This document shows, piece after piece, positions 19,665 through 29,595 of a stretch of DNA of 64,000 bases. Origin of the DNA: an uncultured delta proteobacterium (GTDB lineage Bacteria; Desulfobacterota; BSN033; UBA1163); assembly GCA_963827685.1 (NCBI GenBank), contig CAWHBU010000004.1, positions 817,708-881,707 of the forward strand, read 5' to 3'. The first letter of the stretch is position 1. Each line of letters begins with the position of its first letter. The notes under the pieces were generated by a model. That model saw only the letters and a program-made list of their open reading frames with translations. It was not told where the DNA came from and made no database searches. The position numbers and the translations under genes were made by a program.

Positions 19665-20429
19665 CTACATTTGTTTGAAGAGATGAAGGTAGTTGCGGCT
19701 TACGGTGAGAAGCTCCGATCTCCCTTTCAGTTTCAACATTCCCCGTCCTGTGAGTGATCGACTCACTTTGTCTATCTTAGAAACATTCACGATGGTTCCC
19801 CGGTGTATCTGCCAGAATTGAGCGGGATCGAGTTCCTGGGCCAATTCTTTAATACTCTTTTTGATAAGGGACTCCCCTTCTTTCGTTACGACCAGGGTGT
19901 ATTTATCCTCGGCCTTGAAGTAGTCTGCCTCCTCCACGGCTATGAGACGGACGCTATCTTTATTTTGTGTTTTAATCCAACGCAGGAAATCAGACTTCCC
20001 TCTCCCGGGGAACTTGGAAAGGACCTGCTCTATAACCTCAGCCAATCTTGCGGGTGGTTCGGTGGAAGAATCCAATTGATTCTTGAGGCGTTGAACGGTC
20101 TGAATCAGTCTATCTTTTGATACGGGTTTAAGGAGATAATCAACAGCCTCCCTCTCAAAGGCTTCTACCGCATACTGATCGAAGGCGGTTACAAATACGA
20201 TCCGACAGAGATCTGCGATTCTTTTTGCCACCTCCATGCCTGAAAGACCGGGCATTCTGATATCGAGGAAGGCGATCTGGGGCCGCTTCGATTCCGCTAA
20301 TTCAAGGGCCTCTTTGCCGTTTTTGGCCTCTCCGCAAATGATAAGCTCCGGCCACACCTCTGACAGCATCGACCTGAGGTATGTGCGCAACTCCTTCTCA
20401 TCATCAGCAATGATAGCTTTGTACATCAT
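19665..20429 (-). CDS. LytTR family response regulator
   Basis: REC domain (DDE, FLDIRMPG, FVTAFD, DYLLKP) plus LytTR domain (FWQIHRGTIVN, VSRNY). Confidence 0.93.
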   Translation of the reverse strand: MMYKAIIADDEKELRTYLRSMLSEVWPELIICGEAKNGKEALELAESKRPQIAFLDIRMPGLSGMEVAKRIADLCRIVFVTAFDQYAVEAFEREAVDYLLKPVSKDRLIQTVQRLKNQLDSSTEPPARLAEVIEQVLSKFPGRGKSDFLRWIKTQNKDSVRLIAVEEADYFKAEDKYTLVVTKEGESLIKKSIKELAQELDPAQFWQIHRGTIVNVSKIDKVSRSLTGRGMLKLKGRSELLTVSRNYLHLFKQM

Positions 20430-21489
20430 GCCTCGGTACCTCGATAATCGCCCTGACTCCGTTTGGCTTGTTTTCTTCTAAGATTAAACGCCCTTTTTCC
20501 CCATAAAGCAATTTAATACGTTCTCTCACATTTCCGATCCCCACCCCTGCTTTGTGAGAAGAAGAGAATCCATTGCCCGTATCCATGACTTCGATTCTAA
20601 GGAGGTCGTCTTTTTCCAAAGCCTTTATCATGATTTCTCCTCCATCCACTTTGGGCTCAAGCCCGTGTTTTACAGCATTCTCTACCAGAGGCTGAAGCAA
20701 CATTGGTGGGAAGGGATGTCTGCGGACTGCATCAGGAAGCTCGATCTTGAAACGTAGCCTTTCGCCCATCCTGATTTTTTGAATATTGAGATAAGCCTTG
20801 ATCATGTCTATTTCCTGACCCAATGTGATGGGATCGGGAAATGTCCTGGACAGAGAGGTGCGCAGATAGTGAATCAGGTCCAGCAGCATGGACTTGCCAT
20901 TGGCCGGGTTTGTGTCTATCAGACTGAGGATGTTGGAAAGGGTATTGAACAGGAAATGTGGCTCGATCTGGGCCTGAAGCAGTCTCAGATTGGCTTCGAG
21001 GGCTTCTTTTTCCACGGCAATTCGTTTGATCCTTTCCTGTTGGATCTCCTCCTTACTGGTTCTTAGTCTTGATATGGAGATAAAAAAGTAACTGAAAATA
21101 ATACCGAGGGTGATGGCCAATATAATGCTCCGAAAAAGACTTTTTTCCAGTTGCATTAGGGTAACGGAAAAAATTTGCTGAAGGACAAAAGACCCTATTT
21201 GCAGGCCGATCACGGTTCCACTGACAATACCTATTATGACTATGAAAGCTGCAGATACAATTTTCTCTGGTTTGGGTTTGAATATCCAAAGTAAAAGCAT
21301 AATCATCGAGCAGATAGAGATGCCGAAAGATTGAGACACAATTAAATTAATGATAAAGGACTTTGTGGTGAAACCCGTAAGGGTCAAGTAAGCGGCGATC
21401 AAAGTGGATATGATAATTGTATAGAGTAAATTAATTAGAACATTTCTCGCATTGATATAATGCTTGATATAAATTTCGCTTTGTTCCAT
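20404..21489 (-). CDS. LytS/YehU-type sensor histidine kinase
   Basis: N-terminal TM segments; LQAQIEPHFLFNTL, LQPLVENAVKHG, DTGNG, GVGIGNVRER. Confidence 0.92.
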   Translation of the reverse strand: MEQSEIYIKHYINARNVLINLLYTIIISTLIAAYLTLTGFTTKSFIINLIVSQSFGISICSMIMLLLWIFKPKPEKIVSAAFIVIIGIVSGTVIGLQIGSFVLQQIFSVTLMQLEKSLFRSIILAITLGIIFSYFFISISRLRTSKEEIQQERIKRIAVEKEALEANLRLLQAQIEPHFLFNTLSNILSLIDTNPANGKSMLLDLIHYLRTSLSRTFPDPITLGQEIDMIKAYLNIQKIRMGERLRFKIELPDAVRRHPFPPMLLQPLVENAVKHGLEPKVDGGEIMIKALEKDDLLRIEVMDTGNGFSSSHKAGVGIGNVRERIKLLYGEKGRLILEENKPNGVRAIIEVPRHDVQSYHC

Positions 21490-21515
21490 GCTCAGGTTAC
21501 CGGGTGCTTTCTATA

Positions 21516-22892
21516 TCAGAAAGTATACTTTAGACCGATCATCCATTGGTAATCAAGGATACTCCCAAACTCTGTATTCCTGCCACCTGCCATGACGGTG
21601 CCGACGGAAAACAACTCCAGATGGTTACCCAGTGAATAGGACAGAACTGTTGTAAATTGGCCAGATCCATCATTCAAATTCTGGGTCCACCGGACGGTAA
21701 GATCGATTTTGTTCTTGATATTTGTTTGAGCATATTGGAGCATGGCGTAATTCTTTCGTAAAAATCTTAATCCTGTAACGGCAGTTTGGCCAAGGGTCTT
21801 TTGTCCCAATGCCGATACCAAACCGCCAGAGCTGATAGCTCCTGCCGCCCTGCGCCTTAAAGAATAGTAATTATCCGCCTCAGAATCGCTGTAGCCTGGG
21901 CTGTTATAGGTATATTCAAGATACAAGGTTCCGCTTCCCGCAAAGGTATAGGAGCCTCCAATTAAGAGAACCGGTTTAATCGTCGAATCGTTTTTATGAA
22001 ATTTTTGCATGGAAGCCCTCAAAGGAGAGCTATCCCGCTTGGGGTATAATGCATCGCTCCCTTGAGTAATGACTCCCTCGCCATAGAGCACGACAGCATC
22101 CGAAATCGTCCATCCTCCAAAAAAGCCCAATGAAATCTTGGAACCTTCCTTGTAGGAGAGTATCACCGAACCATAATTCTCCCGGCCTGTATAATCTGCC
22201 TTTAAGGCATAGGTCCTTTCGAAAGGTGCCAGACCATTAGGGGGGAAAAAGGTCTTCTCAAATGGATCAAGTCCATGAGTTTTGTTCTGTCCTTCATCCG
22301 TATTGGCGATAAAGGATAAGGTCCAGGAACTTGCCGGGATCCAGACCAACCGGCCGAAATCCATGCCCGGCACTTCCAGATAGGGGTTACGACGGCCATT
22401 ATCCTGGAAAAAGGGATTGGAAGGAGAGAAAAGAAAGGAAGGCCCCCATTGAAGGTTTTCGCGACCATAGGACAAGAACAGGTTTTGAAATACCTTCCAT
22501 CTTGCCAACCACTCATTGATGAACCAATCAGCATTCCATTCTGCTTTTCCCTTTCGGAGCCCTTCTCGCCAGACACTATAATCGAGTCTCATTCTGGGTT
22601 TAATGCTTAGCTCTAAAGGGTCGATATTTAGACGCAGATCCGGTCGTATCTCAAGCTCGGCCAAATAATGTGGAATTTGAAGAAAGTTGTTTCCAGGATT
22701 TTGACTTGAATCGGCGGGTTCCTGGATAACACCAGCGGCTAAAATCCTCAAATCGAACGAAAAGTGCTCGGCCAGTATCTTCTGGATCACGGCAAGGCTT
22801 GTATTACCGTCCTCATTGGCCATTCCTCTCCCCGGCAACCATCCCAAACCAACCATCGATAAGAAAACAACTGTGAGAAGACAGTTCTTCAT
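21516..22892 (-). CDS. Putative outer-membrane beta-barrel protein
   Basis: Signal peptide, GRENLQWG motif, alternating beta-strand pattern and C-terminal YTF. Confidence 0.65.
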   Translation of the reverse strand: MKNCLLTVVFLSMVGLGWLPGRGMANEDGNTSLAVIQKILAEHFSFDLRILAAGVIQEPADSSQNPGNNFLQIPHYLAELEIRPDLRLNIDPLELSIKPRMRLDYSVWREGLRKGKAEWNADWFINEWLARWKVFQNLFLSYGRENLQWGPSFLFSPSNPFFQDNGRRNPYLEVPGMDFGRLVWIPASSWTLSFIANTDEGQNKTHGLDPFEKTFFPPNGLAPFERTYALKADYTGRENYGSVILSYKEGSKISLGFFGGWTISDAVVLYGEGVITQGSDALYPKRDSSPLRASMQKFHKNDSTIKPVLLIGGSYTFAGSGTLYLEYTYNSPGYSDSEADNYYSLRRRAAGAISSGGLVSALGQKTLGQTAVTGLRFLRKNYAMLQYAQTNIKNKIDLTVRWTQNLNDGSGQFTTVLSYSLGNHLELFSVGTVMAGGRNTEFGSILDYQWMIGLKYTF

Positions 22893-22930
22893 CCTAAGGC
22901 TCGTATTCCGAGAAATTGTCTCTCAGGTTT

Positions 22931-22989
22931 GTAGCGCCCCCATTGACTGGGGGCGAATTCAGCTCGTCGGCAATAAATGTCGACGCTAC
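22931..22989. repeat. GTAG-type REP doublet, copy 1
   Basis: GTAG-CGCCCCCA-TTGAC-TGGGGGCG...CGTCGGCA-ATAAA-TGTCGACG-CTAC; second copy at 43497. Confidence 0.75.
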
Positions 22990-23006
22990 CAACTCTTTTG
23001 AAACTT

Positions 23007-23777
23007 CTATCTCGTCAACAGGTTTAGGTTGAAAATGGAATCCGGGACCTTCTTAATCGATGGCTTGCGATAGCCCATCGTTGTGACATCCTCTTTTATT
23101 ATGGCGCTTGTGATAACCATTTTAGAAATGAATTCCCGTGGCTTACCATCGATAGTGATGCTATTTTCATATTCAAATGTGGCGGTTTTAAACATCTTTC
23201 CTGAAACAGTGTAGAATTCAGCCTTTAGTCCCACCAGTCGCTCTTTGGATATCCAATATTTGATCCGGTCATAAGTCGCCCTGTTATCTACTGCGCTTAA
23301 ATCAAAGAGATAGCAAGGCTCTTTATTCACTATATCTTCCGAAGTTTGGACGATTTTATAATCACCCGCATAGTTGGTGGATGCGATGTCACCATTGGCA
23401 GCACCGCCCACCAGTTTCTGCCGGGGAGAGATGGGAACCGGTTTGGAAAGGCCGGGTTTGGCAAACCACATGTTGCGATCCAACATCAACAGCTTCTGAC
23501 CTTTCACATTGGGTGGGGCCAGAAACTCTGCCAGTGAATTGAAACCACGAGCCGTGACTCTGATGGTTCTTTGCTGCTGACGGCCTCCTTCGATGGAATC
23601 AATTGCGATTTCCCACTCCACTCCCGCCGCGTTACCACGGGCTTCGTCCGCTTTTGTGAGGATCCCTTTTGGGCCCAGGTCTGTGGTAGCATGAAGCGGG
23701 GGAAGGGAAAACCCCACAAAGGAAACAAGTGTCAAAGCTAACATCATCAAATATCGTTTAACGGTTCGGCCATTCAT
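23007..23777 (-). CDS. Outer-membrane lipoprotein-sorting (LolA-like) protein
   Basis: Signal peptide; F..P..VKGQKLL...NMW...P....PV.ISP.Q.L.G pattern; start MNGRT has an AAGGAGG RBS. Confidence 0.75.
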   Translation of the reverse strand: MNGRTVKRYLMMLALTLVSFVGFSLPPLHATTDLGPKGILTKADEARGNAAGVEWEIAIDSIEGGRQQQRTIRVTARGFNSLAEFLAPPNVKGQKLLMLDRNMWFAKPGLSKPVPISPRQKLVGGAANGDIASTNYAGDYKIVQTSEDIVNKEPCYLFDLSAVDNRATYDRIKYWISKERLVGLKAEFYTVSGKMFKTATFEYENSITIDGKPREFISKMVITSAIIKEDVTTMGYRKPSIKKVPDSIFNLNLLTR

Positions 23778-23799
23778 CTTCTTCCTCCTTCCAACGGTC

Positions 23800-24789
23800 T
23801 CACAGGGTTTGTCCATTCCTCCAGTTCATCATCGTTTTGCCAATGAGTTCATCACCCATCGATAGAATGGATAGATGATTTTCGTTTTCTACTATTTTGC
23901 ATACTGATTTCATTTGTATTTCTTTGTCTGAATAATCTGAGTACTTAACAATTTTTTCAGGTGCGAATAGTTCATCCTTCTCCCCAATAAAAAGTCCAAA
24001 GGGTTTATCAATTTTGCTAAATTGTTTTTGTGGAGCATCAGGGGTCATTGATACGGACATATGACGAGTTATGGATTGAAGCATCAGAGGTTGTGAGGCC
24101 AATATCTTCTCTGGGTAATTAAAATAGACTGCCGTTGTATGTCCGAATAAGCGACCGCCTGAGATTGCAGATAATATGAAAACCCAGTACCTGACAGTCG
24201 TAAAGGAACTTCTTATATTTTCCCGGGCAGTTGCAGATTTATATCCAAATTGAGGGGATATAAAAAAATAGCCATCAACCTTTGTCTTCTTATCCCAGGT
24301 TAAATAGTTTAGAACTAAACCACCGCCGGAAGAATGACCGCCCAGATATAAAGGAATTCCAGGATTTTTCTCTCTCACATGGTTGACGAATAACTTCAAA
24401 TCTTCCCATACCTGCTGAACAGATGGCGAGTCACCGCGAGGACCTCCGGAATTTCCATGCCCACGCAAATCGACGAGATAGACAGAGATGCCATATTTTT
24501 CCATTAATCCCTCTGCAAGGTTTTGATACCCGGCCCCGCTATAGGCGCCCCCACCATGAAGAAATATTAATGCTGCAGCTGGTTTTGATTTTGGTGTTTT
24601 TGTATAGTAAGCCAGGTCGATTCCATCAGATGCCTTTACGAATTCTGGTCTATCCAGTAAAGCGCTCGGCCCACTCCGTATTTCATCAAAAGAGAAGGGT
24701 GCTGGTTTATCCTTTGGTTTACAGCTGAAGATAAAAACCGCGATAACTGGTAGAATAAAAACCATCAGAGCAGGAAAGATTTTAGTCAT
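23800..24789 (-). CDS. Alpha/beta hydrolase (lysophospholipase-like), probable lipoprotein
   Basis: LHGGG, DLRGHGNS, GHSSGG nucleophile elbow, GEKD, NH; lipobox IFSC after start MTKIF. Confidence 0.8.
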   Translation of the reverse strand: MTKIFPALMVFILPVIAVFIFSCKPKDKPAPFSFDEIRSGPSALLDRPEFVKASDGIDLAYYTKTPKSKPAAALIFLHGGGAYSGAGYQNLAEGLMEKYGISVYLVDLRGHGNSGGPRGDSPSVQQVWEDLKLFVNHVREKNPGIPLYLGGHSSGGGLVLNYLTWDKKTKVDGYFFISPQFGYKSATARENIRSSFTTVRYWVFILSAISGGRLFGHTTAVYFNYPEKILASQPLMLQSITRHMSVSMTPDAPQKQFSKIDKPFGLFIGEKDELFAPEKIVKYSDYSDKEIQMKSVCKIVENENHLSILSMGDELIGKTMMNWRNGQTL

Positions 24790-24860
24790 AAATTTCTCCT
24801 CGGTATCTCTCATTATTACTAAGAGAGGCAATGAACGCTCGGCAATTTCAACCATTATTT

Positions 24861-26099
24861 TTACACGTGCCCGAGAGCGTCCACTACATTTTGTTTGGCC
24901 GCCCGCCGCGCCGGGATGATGGCAGCCAATAAAGAAAGCCCAACCAGACAGAACACCAAGATAAACAGAGCTTGCGGTACCAGGTCAACAGTCAGTGACA
25001 TAGATGTGGAAATGCCTGGAGGTGTATATTGGGGAGGGAACGTCCGAATGACGGTCCAAACGCATAAATGCAGTACAATCCCCATGAAACTACCGAAAAG
25101 ACCCAGCAGGGCGCCTTCGATAGCAAAGAGCAGCGATACGCCTCTGCGCTTTAAGCCCAGGGCCCGCAGGGTTCCAATCTCCCTCGTTCTCTCCAGAATG
25201 GCCATACCCATCGTGTTGACCGTGGTCATTACAACAATGACTAAGACAATCGTAAAAAGGAAAAAGAACATCATATCGAGCATGCTTTTCGTCTTTAAAT
25301 AGGATAAGGATAATTCTTTCCACGTCCTTATCTCACCAGCAATGCCGGCAGCGTTTAGCTTCTTGAGAAAGATGCCGCGCATTTCCTCGGTTTTTTCCCA
25401 ATCTTTCAGCAGCACCACGATTCTTTCCGCTGAATGCGTATCAAGAAGAGACTGAGCAAAATCAAAAGTGAAGCGCATGTATTTATCATTAGAGAAATCA
25501 GAGCCGGTATCATAGACACCCATCACTTGCATATCCAAAGCATTCATCTGCCCACTCAGCGTGGAAGCCATGACAACCCCGTCTTTACCGGCCGTTAGGT
25601 TGAGATATCTGGCCAAATCCTGGGCAATTTCTGCGCCATACTTCTTCTGATCGTCCAATTCTTTTCCGTTAACTGGTCTAAATCTGGCCCAACCTCCTTT
25701 TATCGTTTTGTCATCCTTAGGAACGACACCCTGGGCGATAAAAATGGTCGAGGCGATCCCATTGGTCACAATACCTGTTACTTGCATCTGGGGAGTAGCT
25801 AGAATAACCTCTTTCTCATCTGTAGTGAGTTTGATGATCTTTTCTGTCTCCTCTTTAGAGAACATATATTTCTCGGGTTCAAGCTTCCCTTTCTCTTGCC
25901 AACCGGCTCTGTTGATCCTTAAATGACCCAGACCCTCTGCTTGAACAGCCATAGTCCTTAACCCTCTATACGCATTATGGATCCAACCGTAAAAGAGGTT
26001 GATCGCTGCAAAGCCCACACCGATCGCGAGCAACGTGACAAAAGAGCGGCGCTTGTTTCTGATGATATTCCGAACTGCCAGTTTCATCCATTTTCTCAT
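24861..26099 (-). CDS. ABC transporter permease (LolE/FtsX/MacB family)
   Basis: RNIIRNKRRS, ERTREIGTLRALG, PARRAAK. Confidence 0.9.
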   Translation of the reverse strand: MRKWMKLAVRNIIRNKRRSFVTLLAIGVGFAAINLFYGWIHNAYRGLRTMAVQAEGLGHLRINRAGWQEKGKLEPEKYMFSKEETEKIIKLTTDEKEVILATPQMQVTGIVTNGIASTIFIAQGVVPKDDKTIKGGWARFRPVNGKELDDQKKYGAEIAQDLARYLNLTAGKDGVVMASTLSGQMNALDMQVMGVYDTGSDFSNDKYMRFTFDFAQSLLDTHSAERIVVLLKDWEKTEEMRGIFLKKLNAAGIAGEIRTWKELSLSYLKTKSMLDMMFFFLFTIVLVIVVMTTVNTMGMAILERTREIGTLRALGLKRRGVSLLFAIEGALLGLFGSFMGIVLHLCVWTVIRTFPPQYTPPGISTSMSLTVDLVPQALFILVFCLVGLSLLAAIIPARRAAKQNVVDALGHV

Positions 26100-26791
26100 C
26101 GCTTCATACCTCCATCGACGATCTTTCCATCTTCCAGACGCACCAGGCGTTTGACCTGATCCAGGAGCCGTTGATCATGGGTAGAAAAAATAAAGGTGAT
26201 CTCATCTTTTTCATTTAGTTCTCGCATGATGGAAATGATCATGCGGGCGGTTTCTGAATCAAGATTGGCGGTTGGTTCATCGGCAATCACCAAAGAGGGA
26301 TCATTCACCAATGCCCTCGCAATCGACACCCTTTGTTGTTGCCCCCCCGACATTTTGGCGGGGCGATTATGGATAAGTTCACTTAAGCCCACTTCCTCTA
26401 AACGGCTCAATGCCTTGGTTTTAGCTTCTGAAAAAGAGGCGCCCTTTATTTGAAGCGGCAGCATCACATTCTCCAGAGCTGAGAGAACCGGAACCAGGTT
26501 AAAACCTTGAAATATAAAACCGATCGTTTCATTGCGATGTTCGCTTCTTTGATTATCCGACAAAGAGCGAACGTCCTTGCCGGCAATCGCCAGTTCCCCG
26601 GTCGTTGGTTCATCAATAGCGCCGATGAGGTTTAGGAGTGTCGTCTTGCCGGAACCGGATGGTCCCCATATGGCCACAAACTCTTTTTTTTCTATGCTTA
26701 AGTCGATTCCACGAAGGGCGTGCACCACCGTTTCACCCAGATGATAGTCTTTTGTTATGTTTTTCATCTCAATGAGAGCCATATCAATCAT
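26096..26791 (-). CDS. ABC transporter ATP-binding protein (LolD-like)
   Basis: GPSGSGKTT, MSGGQQQRV, IADEPTANLD, STHD. Confidence 0.93.
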   Translation of the reverse strand: MIDMALIEMKNITKDYHLGETVVHALRGIDLSIEKKEFVAIWGPSGSGKTTLLNLIGAIDEPTTGELAIAGKDVRSLSDNQRSEHRNETIGFIFQGFNLVPVLSALENVMLPLQIKGASFSEAKTKALSRLEEVGLSELIHNRPAKMSGGQQQRVSIARALVNDPSLVIADEPTANLDSETARMIISIMRELNEKDEITFIFSTHDQRLLDQVKRLVRLEDGKIVDGGMKR

Positions 26792-26823
26792 TCCTCCTTG
26801 CTAAGGGTTTCACTTTTGAGATT

Positions 26824-26910
26824 ATCTTACATGATCCATCATGCTTTATAAATAGTCTGGTGACAAAAAGGTCTATCAGACGATCAAAGGGTAATAACAG
26901 GAGTGAGAGG
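26824..26910 (-). promoter_or_regulatory. Conserved promoter with 20-bp-periodic direct repeats, copy A (candidate LytTR site)
   Basis: Ungapped match to 29131-29217 (51/66 identical over 26845-26910 vs 29152-29217) with a shared TAAGAT -10. Confidence 0.7.
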
Positions 26911-26923
26911 GTGCGGGGTCTAC

Positions 26924-28564
26924 TCATTTTAAATCAGCCCCCCAATCCTCCATCATCTTTCCAAAGGTAATTTGACCGCTTCTCAATACGGCTGTGTAAC
27001 CGCCCCCGGGGTTTCCCCAGGCACTGGCGAGGTAAAGTCCCTTGACGGGGGTGCGGTTGTCAATCCGGTTCATATAGGCGTTGTTCATGGCCTGCTCAAA
27101 TCCATAAATGGCTCCTTCGGTATTGCGCGTAAAATACCAGTTGGTGAGGGGTGTAGCTGAATCCTTCACCTCGATCATGGTGGATAAGCCCGGAATGACT
27201 TCTTCAGCACGCCGGATAAGGATATCTGTCCATCTCGCTTTTTCTCTGTTGTAAGCCTCTTTACGCCCTAACCGGTAATCGGCTTCGAATTTGCGCCATG
27301 GTTCGTAGCCGCTTAAGAATAATAGCTTAAGCGTCGATGTGCCAGGCTTTGAGTAGCCCTCGAAGAGACTGTCATAAAGGGTAACACCGAAGGTCCCCTT
27401 CTCTACGTCGCCCTTGAGGGAGAACTGATAATCAGCTTCTGGCCCCTGGCCTGATGTCACCGGATACTTGTAGTCTTTGAACTTACCCTTCAACTCCTGG
27501 TTCAGCCCTAACCAAACGATGAAGGTGGAAATGCTCGGCCGATACTCCTCTATCTTCTTCAAATAGTCGGGTGGCAAAATCTCCTGAGGCAGCATCTCCT
27601 TGAAGGTAGTGAGGGCACTGGCATTACTTACGACCGCTCGGGCTGGCAATGTTTTTCCGCCGGACAATTCGACCCCTGTCACGGTTCCATCTTTAACCAG
27701 GATCCTTTCTGCCAGGGTGCCATAAAGCACTTTCCCGCCTGAAGCCTCTATTGCGCTCGCCAAGGCGTTGCTCAGCTCCTGTGATCGCGGTTTGATATAG
27801 AAGGAGCCATTTCTTAAGTATTCCCCAAAGGCAATGGCATAATAAAAACCAGAGAGTTTGGATGGGGGGAGCCCATAGAATCCCCACTGGGCGGATAAAG
27901 CATTCTGGAGAGAGGGGTTTTTTACAAAGCTGCCCAGCAGCTCTGCAAGGGTTTTGTTTCTCACGTTCCACATCTTGGGATATTGGGTAGGAAAATCCGT
28001 CCTGGAAATCCTCCCTTTTTGCTGAGCCAGCTTTTGACTCTCTTCGACAATACCAATCATTTCTTGAACAATGCCACGAATGCCTTCTTTCTCCTCAGGG
28101 AAATGTTTGGATAAAAGGCCAATCAGGGCTTCCGAATCTCGCTGAGGGACTGCAATTTCGAAATTGGCTCCCTTAATCTTCAAGAGCTCTGGCAGTTCCA
28201 CAAGTTGGAGTTTCTCCAGGACGCCCAGTTCTTTCAGGATTTGTGCCACTGCATTGTTATGAATGGAGGTGCCTTCGTGCGAGACCTCGAAGGTGAATTT
28301 TCCGCCGGCTCGATCAAAAGATGTTGCATAGCCACCTGGAATATCATGCTGCTCGACCACAGTGACGGGTATGCCGAACCTGGACAGATACGCGCCGCAA
28401 CACAATCCTCCCAATCCTGCGCCGATGATCACAGTCGGGTAGTTTCCTTTGGGGCCCATGCTGGCGGCATAGGCTACGATCTTCTTCCGGTCAAGGACGA
28501 ATGAAGCTGCAGTCATGGCTGAAATAGTTAAAAATGAACGCCTGGATATTCTTTTGTTAAGCAT
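26924..28564 (-). CDS. Tat-exported FAD-dependent oxidoreductase (phytoene desaturase/retinol saturase-like)
   Basis: SRRSFL twin-arginine signal; IIGAGLGGL, EQHDIPGG, ATPLT, GAIYG, GLYLASAWGNPGGG. Confidence 0.82.
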   Translation of the reverse strand: MLNKRISRRSFLTISAMTAASFVLDRKKIVAYAASMGPKGNYPTVIIGAGLGGLCCGAYLSRFGIPVTVVEQHDIPGGYATSFDRAGGKFTFEVSHEGTSIHNNAVAQILKELGVLEKLQLVELPELLKIKGANFEIAVPQRDSEALIGLLSKHFPEEKEGIRGIVQEMIGIVEESQKLAQQKGRISRTDFPTQYPKMWNVRNKTLAELLGSFVKNPSLQNALSAQWGFYGLPPSKLSGFYYAIAFGEYLRNGSFYIKPRSQELSNALASAIEASGGKVLYGTLAERILVKDGTVTGVELSGGKTLPARAVVSNASALTTFKEMLPQEILPPDYLKKIEEYRPSISTFIVWLGLNQELKGKFKDYKYPVTSGQGPEADYQFSLKGDVEKGTFGVTLYDSLFEGYSKPGTSTLKLLFLSGYEPWRKFEADYRLGRKEAYNREKARWTDILIRRAEEVIPGLSTMIEVKDSATPLTNWYFTRNTEGAIYGFEQAMNNAYMNRIDNRTPVKGLYLASAWGNPGGGYTAVLRSGQITFGKMMEDWGADLK

Positions 28565-28652
28565 GGTCTTACCTCCTTTTAAACAAAATGGTTACAATTC
28601 ATTTATTGCATTTACATTAGTCAGCACCCATTAGGGACAAAAGAACAAATAC

Positions 28653-29096
28653 CTACTGAAGTTCAATTGCGATATCGGTGATGTCCTTGTCAACTTTAAA
28701 AGCGATTTCTTCGAACGTGGGTGCCCTAAAAGCTTCCTTGCTGGGCCGATACATCCCCCATGGTTCTTCTGGACCGAGGGCGCCTCTATCCAAAATTCTA
28801 TTGCCGTTTAGATCCTGAAAACATCTGATCCCATACGTTCCTTCAGGAACATTCGTAAATGAGAAAGAGGTCTTTCCCTTCTTTAAATCTTCTGGACCAA
28901 ATTCTATTATTAACTGGAATCGAGAGCCTTTATTACTTTCAAATTCCTCTTTTGTTGAGAGTTGAATAATGATAGCACCTTTCTTCGGGAAACTGATTTC
29001 GCCCTTTACATTAAACTTTCTTTCCTGAGCCAATCCGGGGATCTGTAATAATCCCAAAAGCAAGATGAAGACGATGATGATTTTTTTGAGATGCAT
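28653..29096 (-). CDS. DUF2141 domain protein, exported
   Basis: Signal peptide; VPEGTYGIRCFQDLNGN...GPEEPWG...PTFEE. Confidence 0.8.
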   Translation of the reverse strand: MHLKKIIIVFILLLGLLQIPGLAQERKFNVKGEISFPKKGAIIIQLSTKEEFESNKGSRFQLIIEFGPEDLKKGKTSFSFTNVPEGTYGIRCFQDLNGNRILDRGALGPEEPWGMYRPSKEAFRAPTFEEIAFKVDKDITDIAIELQ

Positions 29097-29130
29097 ACCT
29101 TTGCTCCTTTCTTCTTAGGGTTTTGCGATG

Positions 29131-29217
29131 ATCTTATCTGACCAATTGTGTTTTACAAACAGTTTGGTGACGAAAAGACCCATCAGGCGATAAAAGGGGG
29201 ATTATAGGAGTGAAAAG
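29131..29217 (-). promoter_or_regulatory. Conserved promoter with 20-bp-periodic direct repeats, copy B (candidate LytTR site)
   Basis: Aligns with 26824-26910; minus-strand repeats CTTTTCACTC / CCTTTTATCG / CTTTTCGTCA followed by TAAGAT. Confidence 0.7.
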
Positions 29218-29263
29218 GCGAAAATGGAAAGCGATAGTTAGATGAGGCAATGCAACGTCTAAT

Positions 29264-29401
29264 CCAAATCCCGATTTAGAGAATAAAACCCTTTTGCCAG
29301 CCTGTCTTTGCGAGCACCTGAAAGGTGCGTGGCAATCTCATTGAACAAGGCGGGATTGCTTCACTTCGTTCGCAATGACTATTTCCTAAATCGGGATTTG
29401 G
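29264..29401. mobile_element. MITE-like element with 16-bp terminal inverted repeats
   Basis: CCAAATCCCGATTTAG (29264-29279) and CTAAATCGGGATTTGG (29386-29401); internal TTGCGA..GCAATC/GATTGC..TCGCAATGAC palindromic core. Confidence 0.65.
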
Positions 29402-29595
29402 GTCTAACTTGTTGTTCTCAGATGTTTGAATATGCTATAAAGGCCAAGGATCTTGTATCTTCAAGGAAGCAAAGAAAATGTGGGTTGCCTCTAAATGTGC
29501 CACCGCGCGTGGCCCGACAAAGATTTTCATCACTGACCTTTGCCGTATGGCCTTGGGGGAAAAAGCTTTTCCGGAATAATCAGAAGGAGGTTCTT

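Noticed and set aside
29308-29595. 96-aa N-terminal extension of the CCG protein in the ORF track
   Set aside because: Begins inside a MITE; the ATG at 29596 has a strong AAGGAGG RBS and starts the Cys-rich domain.
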